A DNA stretch of 64,000 nt from Octopus sinensis (GCF_006345805.1 NC_043022.1:12896001-12960000); one strand, 5' to 3'. Positions 1-11,600 are shown, counted from the stretch's first letter. The notes: generated by a model from the sequence alone, not told the origin. Translations and numbers: made by a program.

Positions 1-340
1 AACATTTGACATCCACTGGCTTATCAACTCTGTGAGTTAATCACAGTAAGCTATAAGCACAGTTAATGTCCAAAGTCACTTCAAATATTGACAAAAGAAC
101 ATTTGAAGTAGTAATTCTTTTGATAGCAAACTCAATTGAGACCACCCCTGATACCACCCCTGGTTTCATGATACAGACTTTCTGGTCTAAAGTGATATAA
201 ATTAAAACCTTCCATCTAAATTTCATATTTATGTTCCAAACACCAGCTTAATAAGGAGTTATTTTACTAAAATTTTTCATAATTCCAACATCAACTACAT
301 CAATGACTGCATCTCAACAGTAATGTGGTAAGAACAGGAT

Positions 341-380
<40 letters not shown>

Positions 381-382
<2 letters not shown>

Positions 383-629
383 GGTTTAAGTAATTGAGAT
401 TTAAGTGAATTCTAATGAATTCACATGAATATGGTCCTTAACCAGGATGCACCGGAAATCTATATGGTGTTAACCATAAGACAAGTGGGGTGATTACAAA
501 TAGGAAAAAAGCAACAAGAATGGATTAAAATCTCGGTACAATTGTTTCGTACGAGGACATCTTTAATAAGCTACAAAAAATGCAGTAAATACAGATGGCT
601 CATACTCGTCAGCCGAAAAAACATCAGAG

Positions 630-633
<4 letters not shown>
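381..633 (-). mobile_element. Short non-coding cassette between two (TA)n tracts carrying a hammerhead motif (non-autonomous Penelope/retrozyme-like)
   Basis: Unique ~250 bp flanked by (TA)n at 344-380 and 633-666; contains the hammerhead at 533-616. Confidence 0.5.
533..616 (-). ncRNA. Minimal type I hammerhead ribozyme, canonical core
   Basis: Minus strand reads UCGG-CUGACGA-GUAUGAG...CUCGUAC-GAAAC-AAUU-GUA-CCGA. Helix I 4 bp, helix II 7 bp plus extension CAUCU/AGAUG, palindromic helix III ACAAUUGU, GUA triplet. Confidence 0.75.
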
Positions 634-656
<23 letters not shown>

Positions 657-669
<13 letters not shown>

Positions 670-1044
670 CTGAAGTTGTCTGTGTATGGCAGGTTTGGTA
701 GTCTTCAACTAACACTATCTCCTCCGAGACCCTGCGGCATAAGTTGACCAAACTTGAGAGTATGATAGAAGAAGGATTGCTCTTCCTTCCGTAGAAGAAA
801 AAATTCAAATTGGACCATGTTAACACCCAAAATTATTTACATCAAAAAGGTGCTTTTTTTCTATGAAAATCCCTATTTTTTAACGATTTTTTTACTGCTG
901 TGTCGCCATTTTTCAGTGTATTTCAACCAGAAAAATGTTCACTTAAAGAGAATAACAAGCTACATAATGCAAAATTTTTACTTTTCAAAAATTCCAATTC
1001 TAAAGGGTCAAAACAAACCCGAGCATCGCCATGCGATACTGCTA

Positions 1045-1045
<1 letters not shown>
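657..1045 (+). mobile_element. Non-autonomous Helitron-like element
   Basis: Begins in TATATATAAAGCTG; ends CCCGAGCATCGCCATGCGATACTG-CTAG (1042-1045) followed by T. The 3' hairpin is degenerate. Confidence 0.5.
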
Positions 1046-1109
<64 letters not shown>

Positions 1110-1403
1110 CATATTGGTGTATAGGGTAACAGATGGATATGTTAGTGTACAGGACACAGATGAGACAGATGGATATGCTGGTGTACAGGATGACAGTTGG
1201 CTGGCTGGATGTGTTGGGGACAGAACAACAGATGGACATGGTGTATAGTCCAACAGCTGGACATGTTGGTGTACTAAGTAACATGTCCAGCTGTTGTACT
1301 GTTATTGACCAAATACTTTATACTGAATGACTCAGAACCCCACCCCACCCCACCCGCAGTTAATCTATTTATCTACAAGAAGTGTGTGTGTGTAAATAAT
1401 CTG

Positions 1404-1770
1404 CATCATTATCATCATTTAATGTCTGTTGTCCATACTGGCATGGGTTGGATGGTTTGACTGGGCTGGCACACTGGAAGGCTGCACCAGGATCCAGTCT
1501 GATTCGACATGGTTTTCTAAGGCTGGATGCCCTTCCTAATACCAACCACTCTGAGAGAGTAATGGGTGCTTTTACATGTCACCAGCACGGGTGCCATTTG
1601 TATGACACCAAGGTGTGTTTACATACCACTGGTACAGGTGCCAATTTGCATAACACCGGTATGTGCCATGACTGCAATTTTGCTCAGCTTGATGGATCTT
1701 CTTCCTGGGCATGACATAATGCCAAAGGTCTTAGTTGTTGCCTCCATGAGGCTCAATGCATGAAAGGAAC
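1404..1770 (-). mobile_element. Family B element (RTE-tail-like, (GAT)n 3' end), diverged
   Basis: (CAT)n then homology to other family B copies (GGCTGGATGCCCTTCCTAA..CCAACCACTC). Confidence 0.7.
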
Positions 1771-1780
1771 CCATAAATAA

Positions 1781-1827
<47 letters not shown>

Positions 1828-1835
1828 TATATATA

Positions 1836-2031
1836 GGCACCTGTGCCGGTGGCACGTAAAAAGCACCCACTACACTCGCAGAGTGGTTGGCATTAGGAAG
1901 GGCATCCTGCTGTAGAAACACAGCCAGATCAGACTGGAGCCTGGTGCAGCCTCCTGGCTTCCCAGACCCCGGCTGAACCGTCCAACCCGTGCTAGCACGG
2001 AAAACAGACGTTAAACGATGATGATGATGAT
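1836..2031 (+). mobile_element. Family B element, 5' truncated
   Basis: GGTGGCACGTAAAAAGCACCCACTACAC...GGAAGGGCATCC...GACGTTAAAC(GAT)n; at least 12 copies in the window. Confidence 0.8.
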
Positions 2032-2099
2032 ATATCGCCATGATAGATCGGTAGCCACTACACACATTTTTTCTTCTCTCCTTGTTTTTTTCTGTGTCC

Positions 2100-2135
2100 C
2101 TTTCCGAAGAAGAGCGTAGGCTCGAAACGTAAAAG
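2100..2135 (+). ncRNA. Minimal hammerhead motif with U4C change and extra A
   Basis: CUUU-CCGAAGA-A-GAGC-GUAG-GCUC-GAAAC-GUA-AAAG. Confidence 0.55.
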
Positions 2136-2811
2136 ACTTTTCCTGTTCCTGAGCGTTATACTAATACATCTGTTTGTTTTCTACACCACCTGTCTTCGTC
2201 TTTTGTTTTTTTCGTAAACTCTCCTATATATATAATCTATGTATATAATGTACTGTCCACTTACATATACAAATGTACATGCATGTGTGTGTGTATGTGA
2301 CAAACAGATGCGCACTTGTCACTCTTTCTTCATATAAAATGGTAAAAATCAAAAAGCAAGCATTGATGTCTAATTATCTCATGTGACATTATGAAAATCA
2401 TTTTGTGTGTGTGTCTGTGTATTGTTGTTGTGGTGGTTATAAATGTGTGTGTGTGTGTGGTGTCAGTATGCATGTTTGTGTTGTGTGTGTGTGTGGTTCT
2501 GGTAAATGTGTTTGTGCTGTAAACATTGTGTTGTGGTGGAGATAAATGTGTGTGATGTAATTCTGTGAGTGTTGTGGTGGTGGTGTGGGGTGCGTGTGTG
2601 TGTGTGTAAGTCTTGGTGGAAAGCGGAATTGTATTATAGTGGAGTGTTGGAGGTGGGGGTAGGTGTAAATATTCGGTTTTCCTGTTAGTGAGAAAATTCT
2701 AGGAAATGAAAATACCATTTGATGACAACAAATATTTCTGGAAATTCCCTCTTTCACTATGGAAATGGATTCTTTAACAATTAAGTTAACTTAGATAAAA
2801 ACTGCTACCTC

Positions 2812-2975
2812 TCCAACCTTTCTCTCTATCTATGTCAGTCTGTCTGTCTATATGTCTGTCTGTCTGTTTATATGTGTGCCTGTCTGTATGTCTGTCTGTC
2901 TATATGTCTGTCTGTCTATATGTCTGTCTGTCTGTTTATATGTGTGTCTGTCTGTCTGTCTGTCTGTGCTTATGT
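2812..2975. repeat. (TCTG/TCTA)n microsatellite
   Basis: Direct inspection. Confidence 0.9.
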
Positions 2976-3035
2976 GTTTGTCTACCCATCCTTATCTAAA
3001 TGTTTCTGCATCCCCCTTCTTTGTCTCTCTTCAGA

Positions 3036-3143
3036 GTCTGATATGATATTTCGGAATAATATTCCTTCTTCGACCGATTATAGCAGCAACTCCATCTAAG
3101 AATATCTGAAGAAGGAATATTATTCCGCAATATCATATCAGAC
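3036..3143. repeat. 36-bp inverted repeat (1 mismatch, 36-nt spacer) containing a hammerhead-like motif
   Basis: Arms 3036-3071 and 3108-3143. Confidence 0.9.
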
Positions 3144-3205
3144 CATCGATGACTAAATTACAACAGGTATACACAGCCCATTGTCTGTGTTATAGTGCAT
3201 TGTTG

Positions 3206-3431
3206 TACTCTCTTTTACTCTTTTACTTGTTTCAGTCATTTGACTGCGGCCATGCTGGAGCATCGCCTTTAATCGAGCAACTTGACTCCGGGACGTATTC
3301 TTTGTAAGCCCAGTACTTATTCTATCGGTCTCTTTTGCCGAACCGCTAAGTGATGGGGACATAAACACAGCAGCATCGGTTGTCAAGCAATGCTAGGGAG
3401 ACAAACACAGACACACAAACATACACACACG

Positions 3432-3462
<31 letters not shown>

Positions 3463-3580
3463 CACCATCACCATCACGTGACCGACCAGACCATCAGATG
3501 TAGTTACACATCGCTGGTCACAATGCGTTCGCATTGTTTTAGCCTTCGAATGACGCCACCCCGCTGGCTAAGCGAGCAGG

Positions 3581-3621
<41 letters not shown>

Positions 3622-3638
3622 TCGACGGGCTTCTTTCA
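3206..3638 (-). mobile_element. SINE family A (head missing) with a family D-type 3' fragment nested at 3461-3593
   Basis: Tail (TACTCTTT)n and body match other family A copies; the insert matches 15092-15183. Confidence 0.8.
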
Positions 3639-3827
3639 AAACTTTTTATTCTTTACAAACAATGCACAATGCTTCAAGCAAACTACAATACTCTCCTATG
3701 TTGATTTATGTTCCAGACACCAATTTACTAAATTTTTCATTACTTTCAAAATTAATTGAAACAAAGTCATTGTTTTTCAACAGAAATAAAGGCTACAAAA
3801 TGGTTTAAATTTTGTATCATGTGTATG

Positions 3828-3870
<43 letters not shown>

Positions 3871-4428
3871 ACCCTCAAGTTTTATATAAAAAAAAAAATT
3901 CAGAAACAGGTGGGGATTGCATAAAATATCAAGTTTTGGTTTAATTTTATTGTTTTTCTGATAAATTCTAAGTCAAGGAAAAAAATCCTCAGTGAATTTG
4001 GTAAAGAATAGCTGATGATGTCATAGAACTTTTTTGAGAAATGTCAGAAAATATCAGTAAACTGTTTCCAAGAAGTCATTTCTAATTAATGGTCATTTTA
4101 GTCTTTTGAAGAATAAAATTGTTTTTTTTTTTTTTCAAAAATCATTTTTATCATTTATTTAACTTTCTATTTTAAATATTTTCTTTTTAAATATCAAAAT
4201 TGAAATATCATGCGGAAGAAGAACATTTACGTCCTGGGCGGGGTGGAGTCATGGTGGCGGTGACAGGAGAGGAAAGCCGGGTTGTTTACTGCTCCCCCTC
4301 ATGTGGTGGGTAGGCTATTATCTAATACCACACTATCATCATCAACATTATCATTACTACCATCGTCATTGCTGTCATTATCGTCACCATCGTTATCACT
4401 CTCATTAGTGCTATCATTAACGGGCTTC

Positions 4429-5189
4429 TTCTAGGAACATCTATCTAGATTAGAATTGCATCATTTCCTAAAATAGAGATTTTAATACATAATGATTTGT
4501 CTAATGTGTGTTTCAATCTTTGAACTGCAGCCATGGTGGGATACCACCTTGAAGAGTTGAGCAAATTGACCTCACTACTTATTTTTAACATTATTTACAT
4601 TTGACGGATATTTGTCCTCATCTTGTTTGTTGTTAACACAACGTTTCGGCTGATATACCCTCCAGCCTTCATCAGGTGTCTTGGGGAAATTTTAAGCCTA
4701 GGTTCTCATTCCTAAGTTATTTTTTGATGTTATTATTATTATTGTTATTATTATTATTATTATTATTCAGGCCATATGGTGTAGTGGTTAAGAGCGTGGG
4801 CTACTAACCCCAAGATTCTGAGTTCAATTCCAGGCAGTGGCCTGAATAATAATAATAACTAGAAAAGCACTCAGAGAGCACAGACCTCCGGCAAGCAGCT
4901 CATTTCCACCCATATACACGCATGCAGAAAATCGCTCAATTTCCCAAACCAATAAAACATAACCTTAGCTGAAACGTTGTGTTAACAATAAACAAGTTGA
5001 GGACAAATATCCGTCAAATGTAAATAATGTTAAAAATAAGTAGTGAGGTCAATTTGCTCAACTTTTCAAGGTGGTGTCCCACCACGGCTGCAGTTCAAAG
5101 ATTGAAACACACACACGTTAGGCAAATCATTATGTATTGAAATCTCTATTTTAGGAAATGATGCAATCCTATTCTAGATGTTTCTAGAA
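4429..5189. repeat. ~223-bp inverted duplication (4429-4651 / 4967-5189)
   Basis: Arms are reverse complements with few mismatches, e.g. GAACTGCAGCC.TGGTGGGA and TTTGACGGATATTTGTCCTCA. Confidence 0.9.
4635..4680 (-). ncRNA. Minimal type I hammerhead ribozyme with extra A after A9
   Basis: GACAC-CUGAUGA-A-GGCUG-(10 nt)-CAGCC-GAAAC-GUU-GUGUU. Confidence 0.7.
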
Positions 5190-5236
5190 AATCGCTCAAT
5201 TTCCCAAACCAAAACATAACCTCCTTGGCGGGGTTA
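4858..5236 (+). mobile_element. Helentron-associated (HINE-like) non-autonomous element, rearranged
   Basis: 5' ACTAGAAAAGCACTCAGAGAGCACAGA-CCTCCGGCAAG (4885-4895); 3' AAAACATAA-CCTCCTTGGCGGGG (sub-terminal inverted repeat plus hairpin); inserted in (TAA)n. Confidence 0.6.
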
Positions 5237-6205
5237 AAAAAAATAACGCAGCCATAGGATTTTTTAAAAAAAAACCTTTAAAAACAGGTATCATTGGAAA
5301 TGCATCTAATTTAATAGCACCACCTGGAAGAGATACACAGTCAAATCTGGGGAACCGTAGCCCATTCAAGCAGAGGGTTATTGTTTTCAGAGACATATCT
5401 GGATGTGGGTGGTTTATCTAGTATTTGTTGGGGGTAATCATCTAGGGATCATTTGAATGCCGTGAAGTCACTTTCCTCCTTTATATGTGTCTGGCATGAT
5501 GTTGAAGAGAGCAGGACCAATTGAGGTGAACTAAACCTTTCAAGGTGGTGCTCCAGTATGGCCACAGTCTAACGACAGAAACAATGTGTATTTGTGTGTG
5601 TGTCTGTGTGTATCTTAGCCAGATTACTTTATTGCTAGAGATTAAACCTGGATAAACTATGACCTTTGACATTATCCCACTATTCCAGTCTCTCGCTAAT
5701 CCTCTCTTAAATCTGTTTTTCTGTTTCACTAATCTGAATATCAATCCTTATTTAGATATGGGGGTAGGGACTGCTCTGTGGTGGTAGGAAGAGATATGTT
5801 AGAAAAAAACCCCAGTTTAAACCCCCCACCCCTGTATCCTCACCCACCCACCGCCAACTATCACCTTCCCCCATGACCACCACTAATTGTTGCTATTAGT
5901 GTTGTTCCAGAAGATGAAACAGTATAGTGATGGTGATGGTTGTGGCTTGTGTCCAGAGGGGGAAAGTTGTGGGGAAGAAGGATTGTATTACAGAACAGCT
6001 GTGTCTTTGAGTATCTGGCTATTGGTTTGGTAGCAAAACATGAAGCAGATGTGATGGGGGTGTAACAGGGAGGCATGAGAAGACAAAATTAGGGGGGAAA
6101 AAATAATCCTAGATTCAGACAAGGTTGTAGGATATAATTTGAGGGATTTTTAACTGTTATTTCTTATCAATCAAGTAAATCCATGTAGAGCAAGAGTGAG
6201 GACTT

Positions 6206-6650
6206 TTCAGATGCTCTGTGTTTCTTTCAATTAATTTTAAATGGCACGTAAAAAGCACCATCCGATCGTGGCCATTTGCCAGCCTCGTCTGGCACCACTG
6301 CAGGTGGCACATAAAAAGCACCCACTACACTCATGGAGTGGTTGGCGTTAGGAAGGGCATCCAGCTGTAGAAACACTGCCAGATCAGACTGGGCCTGACG
6401 CAGCCCCCTGGCTTTCCAGACCCTAGTTGAACCGTCCAACCCATGCTAGCATGGAAAACGGACGTTAAACGATGATGATGATGATAACAAAGAATTTAGT
6501 AAAATAACTCAGTTATCATTAAGCTAGTTTTAGGAACATAACTTGTGACTAAGGTTTGGTGGAAGATTTTAATTCAAAACTTATGGAAACAAGACATTTG
6601 TACTACAGAGCCAGAGATGGTTTCAGCCAGGTTGGTAATGAGAGAGTTAC
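6206..6650 (+). mobile_element. piggyBac-type MITE interrupted by a family B element (6241-6485)
   Basis: Flanks join into the intact MITE sequence seen at 27073-27293 (..TTCAATTA.TTTAAAT|ATAACAAAGAATTTAG..). Confidence 0.8.
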
Positions 6651-6677
6651 CAATTGTTTCTCTATTGTATCTTTTAA

Positions 6678-6780
6678 CCCTTTTGTTACCCTATTTCTCT
6701 TGAGATGCTCTGTGTTTCTTTCAATTAATTTTAAATATAACAAAGAATTTAGTAAAATAACTTAGCTATCATTCAGCTGG
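6678..6780 (+). mobile_element. piggyBac-type MITE, 5' half
   Basis: TTAA|CCCTTTTGTTACC start; homologous to 27073-27170. Confidence 0.75.
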
Positions 6781-7680
6781 TGGGGGTCGGTGACAATAAG
6801 TACCAGTTATGTACTGGGGTTAATGTAATCACCTACCCCCCCCTTCCCACCAAAAATTTTCAGGGCCTTGTGCTTAGAGTAAAAATAATTATTAGTTGTT
6901 ATTGTTTTTGTTGATGTCAATTATTCTAAAAGATAGTGGGGGGGGGGCGTGGCTGGCTTGGTGAGTTTGAGGATGGTTAATGTGGGAGACCATGTGACTG
7001 AACACTAATATAAAAACTTTTGGCTACATAAATGGTGTTGTTGATGGTTTATTAGCCACAAGGGTAGTAGATAGTGGGGGGGGGTCGAGGAGAGATTACA
7101 GGGACACAAAGCACAAAAGACTTTGTGTGTGTGTATTGGACACAGCGGTGGTGGTGACATGGAGTGTGCAAAGAAAAAAAACTAAACAAAAGGAAACCTT
7201 GAGGTAAACAGTTCAAATCCAAATATGACACATTTCTAGTCATGTGACAGACAACTCATCAATGTTCTGTGTTCAGCCAACCGTGACTGATGGCTTCTGG
7301 TTTTCTTTATTTAACCCCTTTCTTTCTCTCTTTGCTCTGCTCTTTATCTAGTTTTCTCTTTGTTCCCCTCTTTCTCTCACTCTATCTTTCTATTTCTTTG
7401 TCTTTCTCTCATTACTATTTAAGACCAAACATATGCATGTATATATATATATACACATCATCATCATCATTTAGCGTCTGATTTCCATGGTCTGGGAAGC
7501 CAGAAGGCTGCACCAGGCCCAGTCTGATCTGGCAATGTTTCTATGGCTGGATGCCCTTCCTAACACCAACCACTCAATGAGTGTAGTGGGTGCTTTTTAC
7601 CTGCCAGAAGGGGCTGGCAAATGGTCACGGTCGGATGGTGTTTTTTAGGTGCCATATACATACATACATATATATATATA

Positions 7681-7920
7681 TCATCATCATCATCATCGTT
7701 TAGCGTCCGCTTTCCATGCTAGCATGGGTTGGACGGGTCAACTGGGGTCTGTGAAGCTGGAAGGCTTTGTCAGGCCCAGTCAGATCTGGCAGTGTTTCTA
7801 CGGCTGGATGCCCTTCCTAACGCCAACCACTCCGCGAGTGTAGTGGGTGTTTTTTATGTGCCACCTGCACAGGTGCCAGACAGAGCTGGCGAACGGCCAC
7901 GAACGGATGGTGCTTTTACG
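7681..7920 (-). mobile_element. Family B element
   Basis: (CAT)n-CGTTTAGCGTCCGCTTTCCATGCTAGC...; a second copy lies at 7455-7630. Confidence 0.8.
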
Positions 7921-8907
7921 TTGGTGGCCCAGTAATTACAGGGTGTTCTTATTAAACATTTTATAGGCGCAGGAGTGGCTGTGTGGTAAGTAGCTTCCTT
8001 ATATGTATATATATATACAACGGGCTTCTTTCGGTTTCCGTCTACCAAATTCATTCACAAGGCTTTGATCGGCCCGAGGCTATAATAGAAGACACTTGCC
8101 CAAGGTGCCACACAGTCGGAATGAACCCAGAACCATGTGGTTGGTAAACAAGTTACTTACCATACAGCCACTGCGGACTCCTCAGTATATCTGGGTTTCT
8201 ACGGCCAATAGGTATTTATATTTTTTTAGATTTTAATTATTTCTGTGAGAAATTTTGGAACACAACACCTTTGATAGTTGAAGGATTATTGTATTATTAT
8301 TGTTGTTGTTGTTGTTAAGGTAGTAAGCTGGTAGAATTATGACCACTCTGGACAGAATGTATTTTCTTATGGCTTTACATTGAGTTCGAATGTTGCCAAG
8401 GTTGACTTATCCTTACCAGTTGTGCAGTAGGATTGATTGTAATCAACTTCCCCCTCCATCAAAGTTACTGGCCTTTTGCCAGAATGAGAAAGGGTTAATT
8501 GTTATTTAGTTCCAAATTTATTATGGTTCAATAGAATTATGATCATAGACATTCTACCTATGACCATCCTACCTCATTCATTTTGCTAGGTAAAGTGTAC
8601 CTTGGAGCACATTTTACGATGTGTACTTTTTCTTAAAAAAAAAAGACAGTAAGGTGTGATATGATATATGGCTGCTTTTTCTAGCAGGTTGAGCAACCAT
8701 ACAGAAATCACCTCTTTGGCGCCTGTATTATTTCTTTATATGTGTGCATATATATTCTACACCATTTGCAGCCAATACTCTGTATGTGTGTGTCATTTAC
8801 TATACACAGTATTTAAATAGTAAATAGAGTACTTTTTCCTTTGATCCTACCTATAATAGAACAGTAAACTATGTGTGTGTCTATATACATACATGTATAT
8901 ATTTGTA

Positions 8908-9305
8908 TACTCTTTTACTTGTTTCAGTCATTTGACTGCGGCCATGCTGGAGCACCGCCTTTAATCGAGCAACTAGACCCCGGGACTTATTCTTTTTGTA
9001 AGCCCAGTACTTATTCTATCAGTCTCTTTTGCCGAACCGCTAAGTAACGGGGACATAAACACACCGGCATCGGTTGTCAAGCAATGCTAGGGGAACAAAC
9101 ACAGACACACAAACACACACACACGCATATATATGCATATATACGATGGGCTTCTTTCAGTTTCCATCTACCAAATCCACTCACAAGGCTTTGGTCGGCC
9201 CGAGGCTACAGTAGAAGACACTTGCCCAAGGTGCTACGCAGTGGGACTGAACCCGGAACCATGTGGTTGGTAAACAAGCTACTTACCACACAAGCACTCC
9301 TGTCT
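8908..9305 (-). mobile_element. SINE family A (tRNA head, CORE-like motif, internal microsatellite, (AAGAGTA)n tail)
   Basis: Minus-strand head GGAGTG.CT.GTGTGG (A-box-like), GGTTCAGTCCC (B-box-like), CACCTTGGGCAAGT (resembles CORE GACCTTGGGCAAGT). Confidence 0.85.
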
Positions 9306-9729
9306 ATAAATATACATACATACATATATATATTTTTTTTCTACACCATGTCTGGTTGACACAGTATATATGTGTGGATTTTAAATTTGTCATTGGAGTG
9401 CAGCCATGCTGGAACACTGCCTTGAGGGGTTTTTGGGCGCACAAATCAACTCAGGTACTTATTTTCTTGGTGTCTTTTGCCAAACCACTAAGTCATGGGG
9501 ACATAAACAAACCAGTACCAACTGTCAAGTAGTGGAGGTGACAGACACAGCACAAATGCACATGCATGTGGTAGGCATCTTTCAGTTTCCCTACACCGAG
9601 TCCATTCAGAAGGCTCTGGGCGGTCCAAACAGCCATAGCAGAGATGCTGCAACAGTGAGACTGAACCTAAGACCATGTGGTTGGGAGGCAAGCTTCTTAC
9701 TCACACAGCCACACTTGCACCTATATATA

Positions 9730-9950
9730 TTTGTTTATTACCTACAAGGGGCTAAACATAGAGGCGACAAACAAGGACAGACAAAGGGAGTAAGTCGATT
9801 CCATCGACCCCAGTGCAAAACTGGTACTTTATTTATCGACCCCGAAAGGATGAAAGGTAAAGTCGACCTTGGCGGAATTTGAACTTAGGACGTAACAACA
9901 GACGAAATACCGCTAAGCATTTTGCCCAACGCGCTAACATTTCTGCCAGC
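9730..9950 (-). mobile_element. SINE family C
   Basis: Reverse complement of the family C consensus (GCTGGCAGAAA.GTTAGC...GTTCAAATTCCGCC...CCTTTCATCCTTTCGGGGTCGATAAA). Confidence 0.85.
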
Positions 9951-10595
9951 TGTCATATCTGGGTAGCACTCTGTGTGTGTATAATGTACACACACAGACA
10001 GACATATATACACATGCATATATATATGTGTGTGTGTGTGTATGTATATATATATATGTATATGTATAAAAAATATATATAAAAATACAAAATGGGACAA
10101 GAATGCAAAACATTCAAATAGACGACACAAAAAAACAGCCGGGTCATTCGAAGCCTCTAATCTTCAGTCAAGAAACGGATCATCCTCGCAATTTCAGCCG
10201 ATTAATCTTGAGATCGTTATATATATATATAAAACCCATGCTAGCATGGAAAACGAACGTTAAACGATGATGATTATATGTGTATATATATATAAATATA
10301 CATACATACTTACACAGACATGCACACACCCACACACACATATATATACATATATATATACACACTACGTCTGGTGTACACCATATGTATGTACATGTAT
10401 GTGTTGTACACCGTTCTTAGCTGACATTGTGAGTTTGCATACGCACACATATGGTGTTGGCCAAGCATGTTATATACATATACACATGTATGTACACACA
10501 GTGTTCACCATGTTACAGAATATATATATATATATATATATATATATTCTACAACGTGCCTCACCAAAACTGTATGTGTGTGTATCTATGAGTAC

Positions 10596-10635
<40 letters not shown>

Positions 10636-11117
10636 TCTACACCATATCTGGGTAACACTCTGTATCTGTGTATATAGGCTTTACCCCCTCCTACCCACCG
10701 TCGTCCCCCCACCATCATCCCCACCCCCTAGCACCCCGTTAACCACAGCCATTATTATTGCTGCCAGTTTTATAATTCACCTTTACTCTTTTCCTTCTCC
10801 TCTTGAAAGGTTTCCTAACTTCCTGTTTGGCCAAACTCCAAACAGTTTCTGCACATTAAGAACACAATGCCGTCTGTCTGTTTGTCTGAATGTATGTGTG
10901 TGTGTGTGTGTGTGCACTTGGTCTCCCACTTTGCAACACTCCTCTGACCTCACCACCATCGCCACCTCTCTTCTGCTTCCAACCCTGTGCAACGTTACTG
11001 ACCACCACCACCACCACCGTCATCGTCTTCTCCCTCTAATTACCTTCTTGCCCGCCATAAACTTTAATGTCCACCATGGTGAAGCCAAACCAACAACAAC
11101 TTGACCCAAATCTCTCA

Positions 11118-11600
11118 AAAGTCAATATAGACTTGACTTTTATCTAAGATAAACAGCTAAAGTCAATATAGACTTAAACTGGTCTTAAATAAAGACCTAA
11201 AGTCAATATAGACTGAAGCAGGTCTTAGCTAAGGACCTAATGTCAATATAGACTGAGGTTGGTCTTGGGTAAGGACCTAAGGCTAACATAGACTGAAGCT
11301 AGTCTTATAGACACAAGCATGACTTAGATGTAGACCTAAACTGGTCTTAAATAAAGACCTAAAACCAATGTAGACTGAAGTAGGTCTTAGATATAGACCT
11401 AAACTGGTTTTTGATGTCTAACATCAATATAGACTAAAGCAGATCTTAGCTAGAGACTTGCATGTCTTAGATATAGAGCTAAAGTCAGTATAGGACAAAG
11501 CTAGTCTTAGATATAGAGCTAAAGTCAGTATAGGACAAAGTTAATCTTAGATATAGTGCTAAAGTCATTAAAGACCAAAGCTAGTCTTAGAGCTAAAATT
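11118..11600. repeat. Degenerate 40-bp minisatellite with 20-bp sub-period
   Basis: Units like AAAGTCAATATAGACTGAAGCAGGTCTTAGCTAAGGACCT. Confidence 0.85.
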
